Positions 13,701-21,003 of a DNA stretch of 64,000 nucleotides are shown piece after piece; position 1 is the first letter of the stretch; the number at the start of each line of letters is the position of its first letter. Made by a program: the position numbers and the translations under genes. Below the pieces are notes generated by a model. That model saw nothing but the letters and a program-made list of their open reading frames with translations, did not search any database and was not told the origin of the DNA. The stretch covers positions 1,741 to 65,740 of the forward strand of contig JAGLYP010000026.1 of NCBI GenBank assembly GCA_023132155.1, given 5' to 3'. This DNA comes from Candidatus Parcubacteria bacterium. Lineage in GTDB: Bacteria; Patescibacteriota; Patescibacteriia; Patescibacteriales; UBA12075.

Positions 13701-15955
13701 CCGGAACTGATTTTACAATAAGCGCCAATTTAAATTCATCTTTGTCTGAATATTATGGAGCAAGCAATTGGACTTATTGGCGCGTTTATCAGGATGCGGG
13801 TAATCAAAATCTAAAAAGTGATTATTTTAATGCCGGTTTTGCCGCGCCTGTTTCGGAGAGCGCGCAAATTCATTATCGCTGGCGCAATGATGACGGTTCT
13901 GAAACCACGGGTGATTGGTTGGAAATTGAAGATACCGGCAGTCCAACCGCAAGTTCCAGTGTTGAGATCGGTGATAATATTCGTCTAAGAATAGAGATGG
14001 CGAACACGGGCGGAGGGGACGCGACAAATTATAATTATCGTTTGGAGTACGCGACCACTACGGGAAATTGTTCAACTGATCCGGGGAACTGGCTGACAGT
14101 GCCGACAGATTCAAGCGGGCATTGGCAAATGGCAACCAGCTCTTATTTTGCTGATAGCGATCCAAGTACCGCGCAGCTAAACAATACGGAATCGTATAGT
14201 TTTGTTGCCGGTGATATGGTTGAATATCCTTCAAATAGTTCGGGCAACATTTCTTTGTCTGAAGGATGGTATACAGAAATAGAATATGTAATTAAGGCCA
14301 CGATTAACGCGCAAAGCGCCGGCACTTATTGTCTTCGCGCCACAAACGCGGGTACGCCGATGGACGCTTATGATATTTTCCCGGTTATTACTCTTTCCGG
14401 AGTTACAAATACTTCACCGTTTTTTACTCTGACCGGCGAACCGATTGACAATAATTCCGCCTCTACTTCACCAACCGCTTATGGGCAAGCGATTGTATTT
14501 GACACGACCGCAAATGATGATGAAAGCGATGACTATTATTTGGCGATTTGCAAGACCGATAATATAACCGCTGGAAACGATGGACCGCCAATTTGCGGCG
14601 GCGGAGAATGGTGTATATCCGAACTTGCGTCAAGCACTGATTCGACAACTTGCAGTTATACGACCGCGACAAGCACGGAAAGTCTGGAATGGTATGGATT
14701 TGTTTGTGATAAATATCCCGGTTTTGCCGTGAGCAAATGTTCAGCGAGCTCGCAAGGAGATGATACGGCGGCAAATAATTCGCCGTTTGTAATTAATCAT
14801 CCGCCAATATTCACGAGTATTTCCACGACTGATGACAATAAAGATCCCGGAGGAATTTTTACGCTTACCGCTATCGCGTCTGACTCTGATGCGGTTGGCG
14901 GCGCAGATACTCTTCAGCTTTATGTTTGCTACACTGATGATGCTGGATTAGGAGGTTGTACCGGCGGCCCGACTGATACTGTTTGTTCAGGCGCGAGCAG
15001 TTCGCCCAATATTGAATGTGTATATACGGACACCGCTCCAAGCACATCAAGCGATATAACTTATTATGCTTTTGTGTTTGATGGGCATAATTTAGCTTCT
15101 GATGATAATTCAAATAGCAATACTTATACGATTAACAATGTCGCGTCGCAACTTGGCAATTTGGTTTTAAATAACGGCGTTGATATCGGTTTGAATATAA
15201 AACCGGCAACTACAACTGTTCAGATAGTAAGTACATCAGTAGAAGATCAAAATGGCTGCTCAACAATTCAGAGCGCTGTTGGAAGAGCATATATGTCAAA
15301 TGTTACCGGCGGCTATAATTGTACGGCTGATGATAATGATTGTTATCACGCGACAATTGGCGATTGCGTGAAAAATTGTACTAGCGATACAACGACCGAG
15401 ATTACTTGTTCGGTTGCTATGAAATATTTTGCCATCCCGACTGCTGATGATGCTGTTAACAATCCAAATGAATCGTACGATTGGCGTTCATATATGCAAG
15501 TTTATGACGGCGCCAATTATTCTTTCGCGACTTCTACCGGAGTTGAAGTTGGAACAGTTATAGCATTTGAAGTCTTAGAAGAGTTAATTGATTTTGGCAC
15601 AAGTATGTTTGCCGGAGAAAATACAGGAACTGTAAATTCTACCACAACAGTAGTTAATTGTGGAAATTCGCCGATTGATACGAGAATCAAAGGCACGGAT
15701 TTAAGCGGTTTTCCAAGCGGATCACTTGGTGTTACAAATATCAAATGGAATCTTGATAATTTTGTCTATGCGACAGAAACGCAAACCTTGACAACTTCAG
15801 AACAATTAGCGCATTTATTTGCTCCGCGCGCTACAAGCGCAATCGCCGTTGAAGATTTGGTTTTATGGGGAATAGGCATACCGCCTACCGCTGATGCCAG
15901 TACTTATACCGGTCAAAATATTTTTAAAGTGAAGTTGGATAGTGATAATTGGTAG
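1760..15955 (+). CDS. Giant (4731 aa) membrane-anchored surface protein with a macroglobulin-like domain, FN3 repeats and repeated Ig-like modules
   Basis: Uninterrupted 14.2-kb ORF; N-terminal TM helix; acidic linker; GVLAINVNKAVYRPGE (MG2-like); six FN3-like units (..L.PxTxYxFxIWAYD..GN); Ser/Thr/Asp/Asn-rich. Confidence 0.85.
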   Translation: MQSPLLKKIRAISSNILFRLVFLILLLMAVFNFTPGRFIFVKAFNNEIKIFPGKYAVEENDAENFVWENVNNAFLQYLSPDSELSEFNQDNSAFIALRKTDKSQSNVKALPELGNSEESSGAEAMAGKDDASDNSETEDELFEVIVDENNKDETADNIEENKQEDSESQTLAPDFVSGPGDGDFEIKNMDSGQVGGNSQTIKQDSDQEKSENETENQDGDSENDRKGEDNLELSGVYEKIKSLFSYFDLFAIFNKNSANAEEKLLQQSVIFSDFSVPFEYKDREINSLNLYLSLAARSAQENDNLFFEYSLGETWEQISVLELNQEYSNSVNGGYFNFQLSEIIGWEEIEDLKIRISYNSNSPRLAMESNAEILDFFVFLDSLWIEIEYDDMDEEQEISESDYIPQYKENFNGEEAKDDDLSEYSVDLLNTKVNFKITENPELNFRYKKNKNLINKIISGLISPFSDEYNHIKISADLRDARGDKTELKPEVRYISEGEFLVKIPENIREFRPGKYFFEIEIEDKGEIYQISQNFNWGVLAINVNKAVYRPGERAYLQMGVLDDFGHTLCDADLFLEITAPSDKTDIFSTDDNTIFKNSECAGDTVISGSDYYSYYSVFDTGIYRIKLRAETENGIREIYDEFKVESVQSFELERIGPTRIFPLADYEMKIIMRANESFQGNLVEYVPGNFKITNYKLHLSSEYKQITNEDISVPDSLFLIQGDEIGKKLIWQNLDIKPGDILEFTYTFDAPDVSPEFYLLGPLKLVDEHYFNSGGKNGQLVFEEERQWQVASDAVAEYDANGGSSVGTWVTPSYAWNSVNNDYAIRDIPKKSASEEYTNYLIADSNTATDLGYTINSVEIGLEAYMEDLQADITVYVQPYFGGTASGTSYGFAQSVLGTSDEDVAHYYDVTNDANAPSPWTWSDIINLDIKLWGINNSNSRQRMFYIDQLSIMVNYTEPNDPPVGAFNSATQKRDGDGVVDISMDVGDPDNDDVKAILQYVQGSGCDFSSPQDPTLDETDGNTTASNGDPKVENDNFYQIGNSSGWIKTDTGTNTVQFDWDTITDLPSGNDTYCLRLYINDDNAASSTAATTTLTIDNVAPTVPGDLSVFATSGTSVILTFGAVSAETNFSEYVIYYKQYDGSSPIESDSSWASTSDSNLDNINYGSATSTEITDLFPATQYIFNIWVYDEYGHKASATNNVIATTSSQLVPPVTTINSVTQKTDGSGVVDISLEVDDGNDDDARVRVDYEIGTSCDFISPLDPVLDESAVNISADFGNPVIDNDIVYQVGTTTGGWIETNSGVNTVQFDWLSRGHDPDLDGDYCIQFTANDLDSGDQITPVNTTVTIDNTNPSVPGAMSVATSTATTITLNFGAESGDAHFKEYKIYYKYDYSGVTEADNAYNKSDDANLDEADFNGAATTTISNLLPETTYYFVIYAYDDYGNKVGSTEISGLTAEADSIRSRTVRFLAGTYSGSGGIGQNSDVNQTFSGFNFSLAENEVEIKNAYIIFDAQYESYANNSENYIGYNLTFDACQESCTADAFSGSGRVLKDDNTILSYDETESNQIRLLLDVTDETQLSAYTGGNVNMEAQIGYRLERGASADSISYANAVLVVTYTYNHSNSDSFTNTVFYPLESNASGDSGTRRSIQINGCTRDSNCPTFDYQVDIPEIGKQLNYWFEVNLLNYDNNQTKTDDVGVDVNIEGQDINSYTFYHENANAGGQGNMPSIYFGQFANFGFNENTAQILEVYANSVEYDYYLMGGEVAETYTASTSASTKTRTVSFPFGAVNNGNTTSQTNSAVQVYFPENGKSSGVVTIKKAWIRAHSGNYSLADVNLTISTKVGDNIQSGNFVYNYFPGQVNIAPPFKITHVIQSSDYGELALANSNTAKDVTIYTTNSSVNQGGLSAELMITYTYTDEANGYLASIDLFAGQTDENGNSQSATSATANLVFSEQVGIKTIRAAAMHSSMLLNDSDGAMPSGNFTIDVDISSTTPSCSNAYITGADGTNAYVEFYKDVKARLSAIDNLSYTVCYSNSGGGDDSAGGKMNSALVYTYQYDVQPAVLKQNDWRWYENIDAVQPTSAKADENTNISNINLADILRLRINIGATKEDLAISSKMFKLQYGQGGDCTAITGWNDVGGISDATLWRGYDNSSISDGDASGSVLLSTSNVFESYEEENSSIVNPTTIPQNNAGEWDWALYNYSATSSSDYCFRAVNGDGSLLNFYNSDSYAKLTTAATNTRPNTVFSLEQFKNIGTTTIANTAWINVDSVRLRASVTDVNINENLSLYFQLVQNIGSFTTATTEPSSACLNGTAYGACGSNIWVATSTIGDYRTDGFTATATIAVIPDLSSGYKWQVLACDDDGECSEWSQFNTGPNFRVDITAPTAPGNLILASTTASSFLIDFGASTTEDNFKEYRIFYKEGDSDVTELNNEHNDPDLGYKDYNSTADTLVESLSAGTQYVFNIWAYDFAGNSASATIEMIATTTSSFTPPTGSIFSLSQKTDGSGAIDIAIKADDGDNDNTLRAKVFYEAGSGCVFSPPLDMTIDATDENVSATYGDPDVDNTSEYQVGTTSGWILTSPGENFVFFDWLSKTEISGANGTYCIGLIVSDGIYVSSPTGTSQILIDNLAPSTPGALTLNDKNKSDITMNFGGQSSDSRFDRYRIFYSTSSLVTVDDYEHDDANLLLQDYGGAATTTISDLEEGEIYYINIWAYDDLGNRASSSQLTVTTNSKPKISSNLTQYKQDEATLITNGAWTDESEVRLLASSTDPDTSEVITLYFELLPSTGTFKTATSEPSGACVYGAAYGTCDSKIWFVASSSPGDFSVNPYMGTTSITAIPDSDTGYKWQVLACDDDGDCANEWAIFDAGTPNFKIDTVAPTNPGILSEYSKTSGSITLSFGATTTEENFTEYIVYYDISSPVNESGTVHGSTTDSNLVHINFNGVETTLVEDLLPNTQYHFVIYAYDEVGHKASSSEISIITNAVVSTPGAMFYIKNDRVLYYRVWTGSAWNAEQSGPTLGSAAGDNISHIRAERSDDGARIAILAKTWDGTNQEWWGTVYRVAADDFVNSGILGSAYASADNNQLITGCIGALSSGEFVVIRNNNGSAGTLVFSWDAGDGWTSEGAGPGSTVGEVDIMNGCRLARRTSTDNYLLITFDDTIHGGGNYGDVGTSYYYGGSSYNNSSWTVWFEHSSLEEDIDNYVGEAFFDPSDNTRGAINYSNSNSSFDAKVKKFIVSPSSPYISYGAEATSPATWSGDFVHGEFGTDPNGVGTAWFAGDDINGELNIYKIDITNSAPSWTASANGDNISGTGLYSYTSDSQKPYAIQFYKDGYGTVAWNEAISATPKYRIITASTNTIDAADTAVSGAEANIYTRARFYKDPNENEFVAIYQNDDVDYSAIFWDGTNDSFYSSGNQAWTELVTASGAVDADYEAATFAFSAGNATPNTPTNLIQYKSDASTTIANGAWTDENTVKLVASSKDADTSEVLSVYAQLIADNETFSSTTTHPINACAVGVSFTACNSKTWLVATSSGDYSANALVATATITLISDSDVGYKWQVMACDDDSACSGWAKYNLTQPNFYVDTIDPTVPGELEPISKTSTSIDLDFGATTTEDNFSEYKIFYSETMPITELSSEHDDSDLDNILFNGTSGVSVTSLTPNTLYYFNIWAYDFAGNVASSTVVSTTTNTTYNLVQTSYLLENDDALDVNSNTSETTFDNPLNNINIGERMNVRIQLENNGGDTASTKVYSLQYENQTDNPGTWINVGVATEISYSLGLSGDNGHVVSSAKAAANSNTFAFGAWHEDTYQTGSFSLINNYYTEFVFAIETGNALTSKTYRLRLYNETDNKVLDGYNSTSTFSTVATETKKYSKEELDSLLTTTADLKYYFDGEGYDDVSTDDNTNYDENGTTTANYAVINFATKHTNNTDAITVTWNGQSSASPVYATVYLQVYQYGSINSWITMASNSTAATGTDFTISANLNSSLSEYYGASNWTYWRVYQDAGNQNLKSDYFNAGFAAPVSESAQIHYRWRNDDGSETTGDWLEIEDTGSPTASSSVEIGDNIRLRIEMANTGGGDATNYNYRLEYATTTGNCSTDPGNWLTVPTDSSGHWQMATSSYFADSDPSTAQLNNTESYSFVAGDMVEYPSNSSGNISLSEGWYTEIEYVIKATINAQSAGTYCLRATNAGTPMDAYDIFPVITLSGVTNTSPFFTLTGEPIDNNSASTSPTAYGQAIVFDTTANDDESDDYYLAICKTDNITAGNDGPPICGGGEWCISELASSTDSTTCSYTTATSTESLEWYGFVCDKYPGFAVSKCSASSQGDDTAANNSPFVINHPPIFTSISTTDDNKDPGGIFTLTAIASDSDAVGGADTLQLYVCYTDDAGLGGCTGGPTDTVCSGASSSPNIECVYTDTAPSTSSDITYYAFVFDGHNLASDDNSNSNTYTINNVASQLGNLVLNNGVDIGLNIKPATTTVQIVSTSVEDQNGCSTIQSAVGRAYMSNVTGGYNCTADDNDCYHATIGDCVKNCTSDTTTEITCSVAMKYFAIPTADDAVNNPNESYDWRSYMQVYDGANYSFATSTGVEVGTVIAFEVLEELIDFGTSMFAGENTGTVNSTTTVVNCGNSPIDTRIKGTDLSGFPSGSLGVTNIKWNLDNFVYATETQTLTTSEQLAHLFAPRATSAIAVEDLVLWGIGIPPTADASTYTGQNIFKVKLDSDNW

Positions 15956-16006
15956 TATTTGGTTTTTTGTAAAATTAGTCTTTTATGTTATAATACAAAC
16001 AATAAC

Positions 16007-17758
16007 ATGCCAAAAACTTTATATATAAATATTGCAATATTTTTCGGGATAATTATCTCGGTGTTTTGTATTGGCATGCTGGCAATTACAAATTTAGGTC
16101 CATTAACTGTTGCCGCTGAAGAAGATGATGTTTTGCCGCCGCAGATTTCTAATATAAAAATCGGCAATGTTAGCGCTACATCTACGGTTATTACATGGGA
16201 AACTGATGAGCTGGCGGATTCATTAGTTAATTTTGGCTTAAATAAAAATTATGGGATTGTACGCGAGCCGCGTTTTGACAAGCTTGAACATGAAGTTATT
16301 TTAGATGAGCTTTTATCTGATTCAACTTATTATTTCCGCGTTACTTCCGCGGACGAAAAAGGCAATCAAGGAATATCCAGTGATCATTTTTTTGTTACTC
16401 CGACAGATAAACAATCTTCATTAACCGGCGGGAAAGACAAAGTTAACGCCATTGAAGAGATGATTGAAGAAGTTTTGGATTTGGTTAATCAAATTTCCAC
16501 CGGCGAGGAAATGGATAAAGTTGATGGCCGTCTGGATGATAAAGGCGGCGGCGATGAAAGATATTTTGAAGGTGCTTTGGGCGAGATTTTAGATATGTTG
16601 AAATTAATTGCCAGCGAGGAAAATATTGATTTGGAAGAAATTGAACGCGGAAAAGAGGTTGGCCGGCTTGAGGGCGGTGAAGGCAATATGGAATATGTTT
16701 CTTTAAAAGAAGTGCTTGAACTTTTAGATTCTATTTATCAGGAAGAAAGCTTGGAAATTATTGAACAAGAAGTTAAAGAAAAAGCGGAAGAAATTTTGGA
16801 GCCGCCGACTATTATTTTGGATTATGCCGATGTTGAAATTGGCATTGATTACGCGATAATTTCTTGGGCAACAGACAAAGAGTCAAATTCAATTGTCGCA
16901 CTAGCCGTTGAAGAAGATTATGACAGTGAAGCAGAGAATCCTTATGTATGGAAAGAGGGCGAACCGGACGAATTAGTGCTGGAACATTTAGTCTATATTA
17001 ATGGCTTAATTCCCGCCACAACTTATCATTTTCAAGTGCAGTCAAAATCAGCACTTGATTTAACCGGAAAAAGTATGGATAAAATTTTTAGGACTAAATC
17101 TATTGCTCCGGAAATATATAATTTGCAAATTGTTAAAATTGAAGAAGAAGCCGCGACAATTCGCTGGACTACCAATGTGCTTTGTTCTTCAATTGTGGAA
17201 TACACAAATCTTAATAATGCCGAAGCAAAACTTGAGGGAAATTCAAGTTTTATAACAGCGCATTCAATGCGTTTAACAAATTTGGTTTTTGATACTTATT
17301 ATTCGGCCGTAGTTAAGGTTGAAAGCGAAGACGGCGAAAAAGGGGAAAGTGAAATAATGACATTTATTACCACTCGCGATAAGTATCCGCCTGAAATTTC
17401 CCAAGTTAATACCGAGTCAACCATATATCCCGGATCGGACAACAAGATTCAAACGATTGTCAGCTGGCGCACTGATGAAGAAGCAATGTGCCAATTATTT
17501 TATCATCAAGGCTTGATATCAATGGACGAGCCGTCTTCATTGCCAAAAGAAGAAGATTACGCGTTTAAGCATGTTGAGGTGGTAACTAATTTTTTACCGG
17601 CCAGCGTTTATAAGTTTTGGATTGCTTGTGAAGATGAAGCTGATAACAATTCAAAGTCAGAAGATTTTACTATGTTGACACCGACCCAAGAAGAAAGTAT
17701 TATTGATATAATTATTAAGAATTTTGAAAGTTCATTCGGTTGGCTTAAGAGAAAATAG
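16007..17758 (+). CDS. Membrane-anchored fibronectin type III / purple-acid-phosphatase-N-like repeat protein
   Basis: N-terminal TM; four ITWxTD..ADS.V....H.V.L..L...TYY.V units; ATG at 16007 follows tgtTATAAT. Confidence 0.8.
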   Translation: MPKTLYINIAIFFGIIISVFCIGMLAITNLGPLTVAAEEDDVLPPQISNIKIGNVSATSTVITWETDELADSLVNFGLNKNYGIVREPRFDKLEHEVILDELLSDSTYYFRVTSADEKGNQGISSDHFFVTPTDKQSSLTGGKDKVNAIEEMIEEVLDLVNQISTGEEMDKVDGRLDDKGGGDERYFEGALGEILDMLKLIASEENIDLEEIERGKEVGRLEGGEGNMEYVSLKEVLELLDSIYQEESLEIIEQEVKEKAEEILEPPTIILDYADVEIGIDYAIISWATDKESNSIVALAVEEDYDSEAENPYVWKEGEPDELVLEHLVYINGLIPATTYHFQVQSKSALDLTGKSMDKIFRTKSIAPEIYNLQIVKIEEEAATIRWTTNVLCSSIVEYTNLNNAEAKLEGNSSFITAHSMRLTNLVFDTYYSAVVKVESEDGEKGESEIMTFITTRDKYPPEISQVNTESTIYPGSDNKIQTIVSWRTDEEAMCQLFYHQGLISMDEPSSLPKEEDYAFKHVEVVTNFLPASVYKFWIACEDEADNNSKSEDFTMLTPTQEESIIDIIIKNFESSFGWLKRK

Positions 17759-17884
17759 TTTATTTGAGAATTAAGAATCAAGAATAAAGAATAAAGGGGA
17801 ATAAAAATTGCTTCGCAATTTAGTAGAAATAAATCTCCAATGCTTGATTCATAATTCTTTATTCTTTATTCTTAACTAAAAAAT

Positions 17885-18700
17885 ATGGGAATAGGAAATT
17901 TAATGGGGTTTGGCGGTTCTAAGCCGTCTGGAGGAGGAAATCTTTTTGGTTTGGGCGGTTCAGGCAGCCAGGCGCCAAAGAAAGTAATTAGAAATATTGA
18001 CTGGAAGAACAGTAAGTTAAAAGAAAAAGCCAGAAATTTTGGTATTGTAAAAGTTAATCGTGTTGAAAAAGTTAATGGGAAAAATGTTGTGACCAGAGAG
18101 GTGATAAAAAAATCTAATATTGTGGATTTTTTGAAAAAAGGGGTTAAAAGCGGGCAGACTGTTTCAAGCTATAAGTATAATTTTGACAAAAAGCATACTA
18201 TGCTTGACCAAAAAAGCGGCGGCAAGGTAAAATATATTTTTAGCAGGGACAGCGCCTTAGATAGAAAAAAGAGCGATAAGATCAGGGATATCTATGATAA
18301 AGACGGGCCGACTAAGGATGAAATAGCCGCGGAATTTAAAAAACAAGAAAGGTTTGCGAAAAAAAACGTTTTAGAAACGCAATGGAGCAGAGAAAAAGAT
18401 GAAATGGCGGGGCAATTAAGCAATCGCAGAAAGAGAGGAGCAAAAAAATCCATAGATATGCGCAGCGGCGATAGAAAAGTTGGCGCTGAAGATATTGGCG
18501 CGAGAAGAGAGGAATACAATGTTACAGCTCTTGGTGGTAAGATATCTTCGTCAAACAGAGGAGGAGCGCGGGGTTTTGCCAATAAGATAAAAAATCCGGA
18601 AGACAAACAGGGTAATGCGGCCGGTTTAAGCGGGGATAAAGCAAAAGGCATTAACGAAGCTAATGACACGCCAATGTTTCGTCCCGGCGCTGATAAGTAA
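17885..18700 (+). CDS. Hypothetical basic, Gly/Lys-rich protein
   Basis: 271-aa ORF with ATG, co-oriented with its neighbours; no recognisable motif. Confidence 0.6.
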   Translation: MGIGNLMGFGGSKPSGGGNLFGLGGSGSQAPKKVIRNIDWKNSKLKEKARNFGIVKVNRVEKVNGKNVVTREVIKKSNIVDFLKKGVKSGQTVSSYKYNFDKKHTMLDQKSGGKVKYIFSRDSALDRKKSDKIRDIYDKDGPTKDEIAAEFKKQERFAKKNVLETQWSREKDEMAGQLSNRRKRGAKKSIDMRSGDRKVGAEDIGARREEYNVTALGGKISSSNRGGARGFANKIKNPEDKQGNAAGLSGDKAKGINEANDTPMFRPGADK

Positions 18701-18787
18701 TTTATAGTCAAGGAATTTGAATATTCCCGACTACTGTTAGTGCCCTTTGGGCATAAAATGCCCTTCAGGGTATAACTTGTTTTAATT

Positions 18788-19768
18788 ATGTTTCCAGATA
18801 TATTTTATTTAATTATCGGTTTTATTTTTTTGATTAAAGGCGCTGATATATTAGTTGACGGCTCCTCATCAATTGCCAAACGTTTCGGTTTGTCAACTTT
18901 TTTTATCGGTTTGACCGTGGTTGCTTTTGGCACATCCATGCCCGAGCTTGTGGTTAGCGTTTTGGCAAGTATTGAGGGCAGTCCGGGAATTGCCTTGGGA
19001 AATATAATCGGCTCTAATATTTCCAACACTTTGTTAATTTTAGGCGCGTCCGCGATTGTCGCGCCTTTGGTAGTCAAAAAAACCACGGTTAACAAAGAAA
19101 TCCCATTTTCTTTATTGGCAATTTTGGCGGTAGGTTTTTTAGTTAATGATTTATTAATTGATAATTGCGCGCCCGATGGCTTAACCCGCATTGACGGCTT
19201 GGTGCTGATTTTATTTTTCGCGATTTTTATATATTACACTTTTGGCATTAGCCATGAAAAAGAGAATATTTTTAAAAAAACAGTCGGAGATTTAAAAGAC
19301 GAACCAAAAGAATATCCGGGCTGGCTGGCTGCTGTGATGATTTTTGGCGGTTTGATTTGTTTAGCCGGAGGCGGACAGTTAATTGTGAATAGCGCGACTA
19401 ACATTTCTTTTTATTTTGGCATCAGCGAGGCTCTTGTCGGCTTGACAATAGTGGCAATCGGCACATCATTGCCTGAATTGGCCGCGTCCGTAATGGCAGC
19501 GCGCAAAGGCAAAACCGATATCGCTGTCGGCAATGTTATCGGCTCAAATATATTTAATTTTGTCTGGGTTTTGGGTATTAGCTCCCTTATTAAGCCTATT
19601 TCTTATGATGCGATTTTAAATGCTGATTTTGTTGTTTTATTTTGTGTAACAATAATGTTATTATTTCTTATTTATGTCGGCAAAAAGAATATATTGGATA
19701 AGTGGGAGGGCTCGGCATTATTGTGTTTGTATGTTTTTTATATTGTTTTTATAATTATTAGAGGATGA
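18788..19768 (+). CDS. yrbG: Calcium/sodium antiporter (CaCA/YrbG family)
   Basis: Duplicated alpha repeats GTSMPE/GTSLPE and GNIIGSN/GNVIGSN; about 10 TM helices. Confidence 0.9.
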   Translation: MFPDIFYLIIGFIFLIKGADILVDGSSSIAKRFGLSTFFIGLTVVAFGTSMPELVVSVLASIEGSPGIALGNIIGSNISNTLLILGASAIVAPLVVKKTTVNKEIPFSLLAILAVGFLVNDLLIDNCAPDGLTRIDGLVLILFFAIFIYYTFGISHEKENIFKKTVGDLKDEPKEYPGWLAAVMIFGGLICLAGGGQLIVNSATNISFYFGISEALVGLTIVAIGTSLPELAASVMAARKGKTDIAVGNVIGSNIFNFVWVLGISSLIKPISYDAILNADFVVLFCVTIMLLFLIYVGKKNILDKWEGSALLCLYVFYIVFIIIRG

Positions 19769-19779
19769 AAATCAATTTT

Positions 19780-20610
19780 ATGATTACCATTAAAACTAAA
19801 GAAGAAATTGAAATATTAAAAGAGGGCGGAGATATTTTGGCCGGGATTTTAGATAAATTGTGCGAAGCCGTTAAGCCTGGGGCAACTACGGCTGACTTAG
19901 AGGATATGACCAGGCGATTAATGAAAGAGGCAGGCGGCCGTCCTGCTCAGCTTGGCTTTAGGATGCCGGATAAAAGATTGTTTCCTGCCGCCTTGTGCGT
20001 GTCAATTAACAGTGAAATCGTGCATGCTCCCGCAATGCCCGCGCGAACAATTAACGAAGGCGATATAGTAAGCCTTGATTTTGTAATGGAATATCCAATT
20101 AGCGAAAAGTTAAGAGCCGGAAGAATTGTGAATAAACGTTCAGGGCTTGGCGGTTATTACACTGATACAGCAAAAACCGTCGGTGCTGGAAAAATCAGTG
20201 AGGAAGCGAAAAATTTAATTAAAATAACCGAGGAGTGTTTGTATGCCGGAATTAGACAGATACAACAGGGGAATAGGCTTAGCGATATCGGCGGCGCCAT
20301 TCAAAAACATGCTGAAGCAAACGGTTATAGCGTTGTGCGCGAATTAGTGGGGCATGGCGTGGGATACAGCCTGCACGAGGAGCCGCAAGTGGCAAATTAT
20401 CGCGCAAGCAGTCAAGATATTAAAGATATCATATTAAAGGCAGGAATGGTTTTGGCGATTGAGCCGATGATAACAATCGGTGATTGGCGGATTAAAACCA
20501 AGGAAGACGGTTTCGCTTTCGCGACAATAGATGACAGTTTAAGCGCCCATTTTGAGCATTCAGTAGCTGTTACTGAATATGGGCATGAAATTTTGACTAA
20601 AAAGAAATGA
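19780..20610 (+). CDS. map: Methionine aminopeptidase type I
   Basis: CVSINSEIVH, GDIVSLD, YTDTA, GHGVG..LHEEP, AIEPM and SAHFEHS motifs; alternative start at 19765. Confidence 0.95.
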   Translation: MITIKTKEEIEILKEGGDILAGILDKLCEAVKPGATTADLEDMTRRLMKEAGGRPAQLGFRMPDKRLFPAALCVSINSEIVHAPAMPARTINEGDIVSLDFVMEYPISEKLRAGRIVNKRSGLGGYYTDTAKTVGAGKISEEAKNLIKITEECLYAGIRQIQQGNRLSDIGGAIQKHAEANGYSVVRELVGHGVGYSLHEEPQVANYRASSQDIKDIILKAGMVLAIEPMITIGDWRIKTKEDGFAFATIDDSLSAHFEHSVAVTEYGHEILTKKK

Positions 20611-20999
20611 ATTATTCAGAAAAAAAATATTTAGGAGTTGATTGGGGTGAGAAGCGTATTGGTTTAGCCTTGGGCGACAGTGAAACAAAGTTGGCAAGCC
20701 CTTTTTGCGTAGTAAAAAGAGCCGATGAAATAATTAATATTATTAAAAATGAAAAAATAGATTATTTAATAATCGGCCAGCCGATTAAAATGTCCGGCGC
20801 AAAAGATAATTTTACTGAAGGTTTTAAAGATTTTTTGCGATATATTAAAAATAAAATTAATATTCCAATTAAATTGGTTGACGAAAGGCTAACAAGCAAG
20901 GCCGCGGATGCTTTGTCCGGGACAAAAAAAACCAAGGCCTCGCGCGATTCGCTGGCGGCAATGCTGATTTTGCAGAGCTACTTTGACAGTGTTAATTAA
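20607..20999 (+). CDS. yqgF: YqgF/RuvX pre-16S rRNA nuclease
   Basis: LGVDWGEKRIGLA, VDERLTS, D..AA.LILQSY. Confidence 0.93.
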   Translation: MNYSEKKYLGVDWGEKRIGLALGDSETKLASPFCVVKRADEIINIIKNEKIDYLIIGQPIKMSGAKDNFTEGFKDFLRYIKNKINIPIKLVDERLTSKAADALSGTKKTKASRDSLAAMLILQSYFDSVN

Positions 21000-21003
21000 T
21001 CTA

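Noticed and set aside
4640..14400. Repeats in the giant gene considered as DGR template/variable repeats
   Set aside because: They are diverged protein-level domain duplications with no adenine-specific pattern seen, and there is no reverse transcriptase in the window.
1938..15744. Many short alternative-frame and antisense ORFs inside the giant gene and other genes
   Set aside because: They are shadows of long, motif-bearing ORFs and have no independent motifs or starts.
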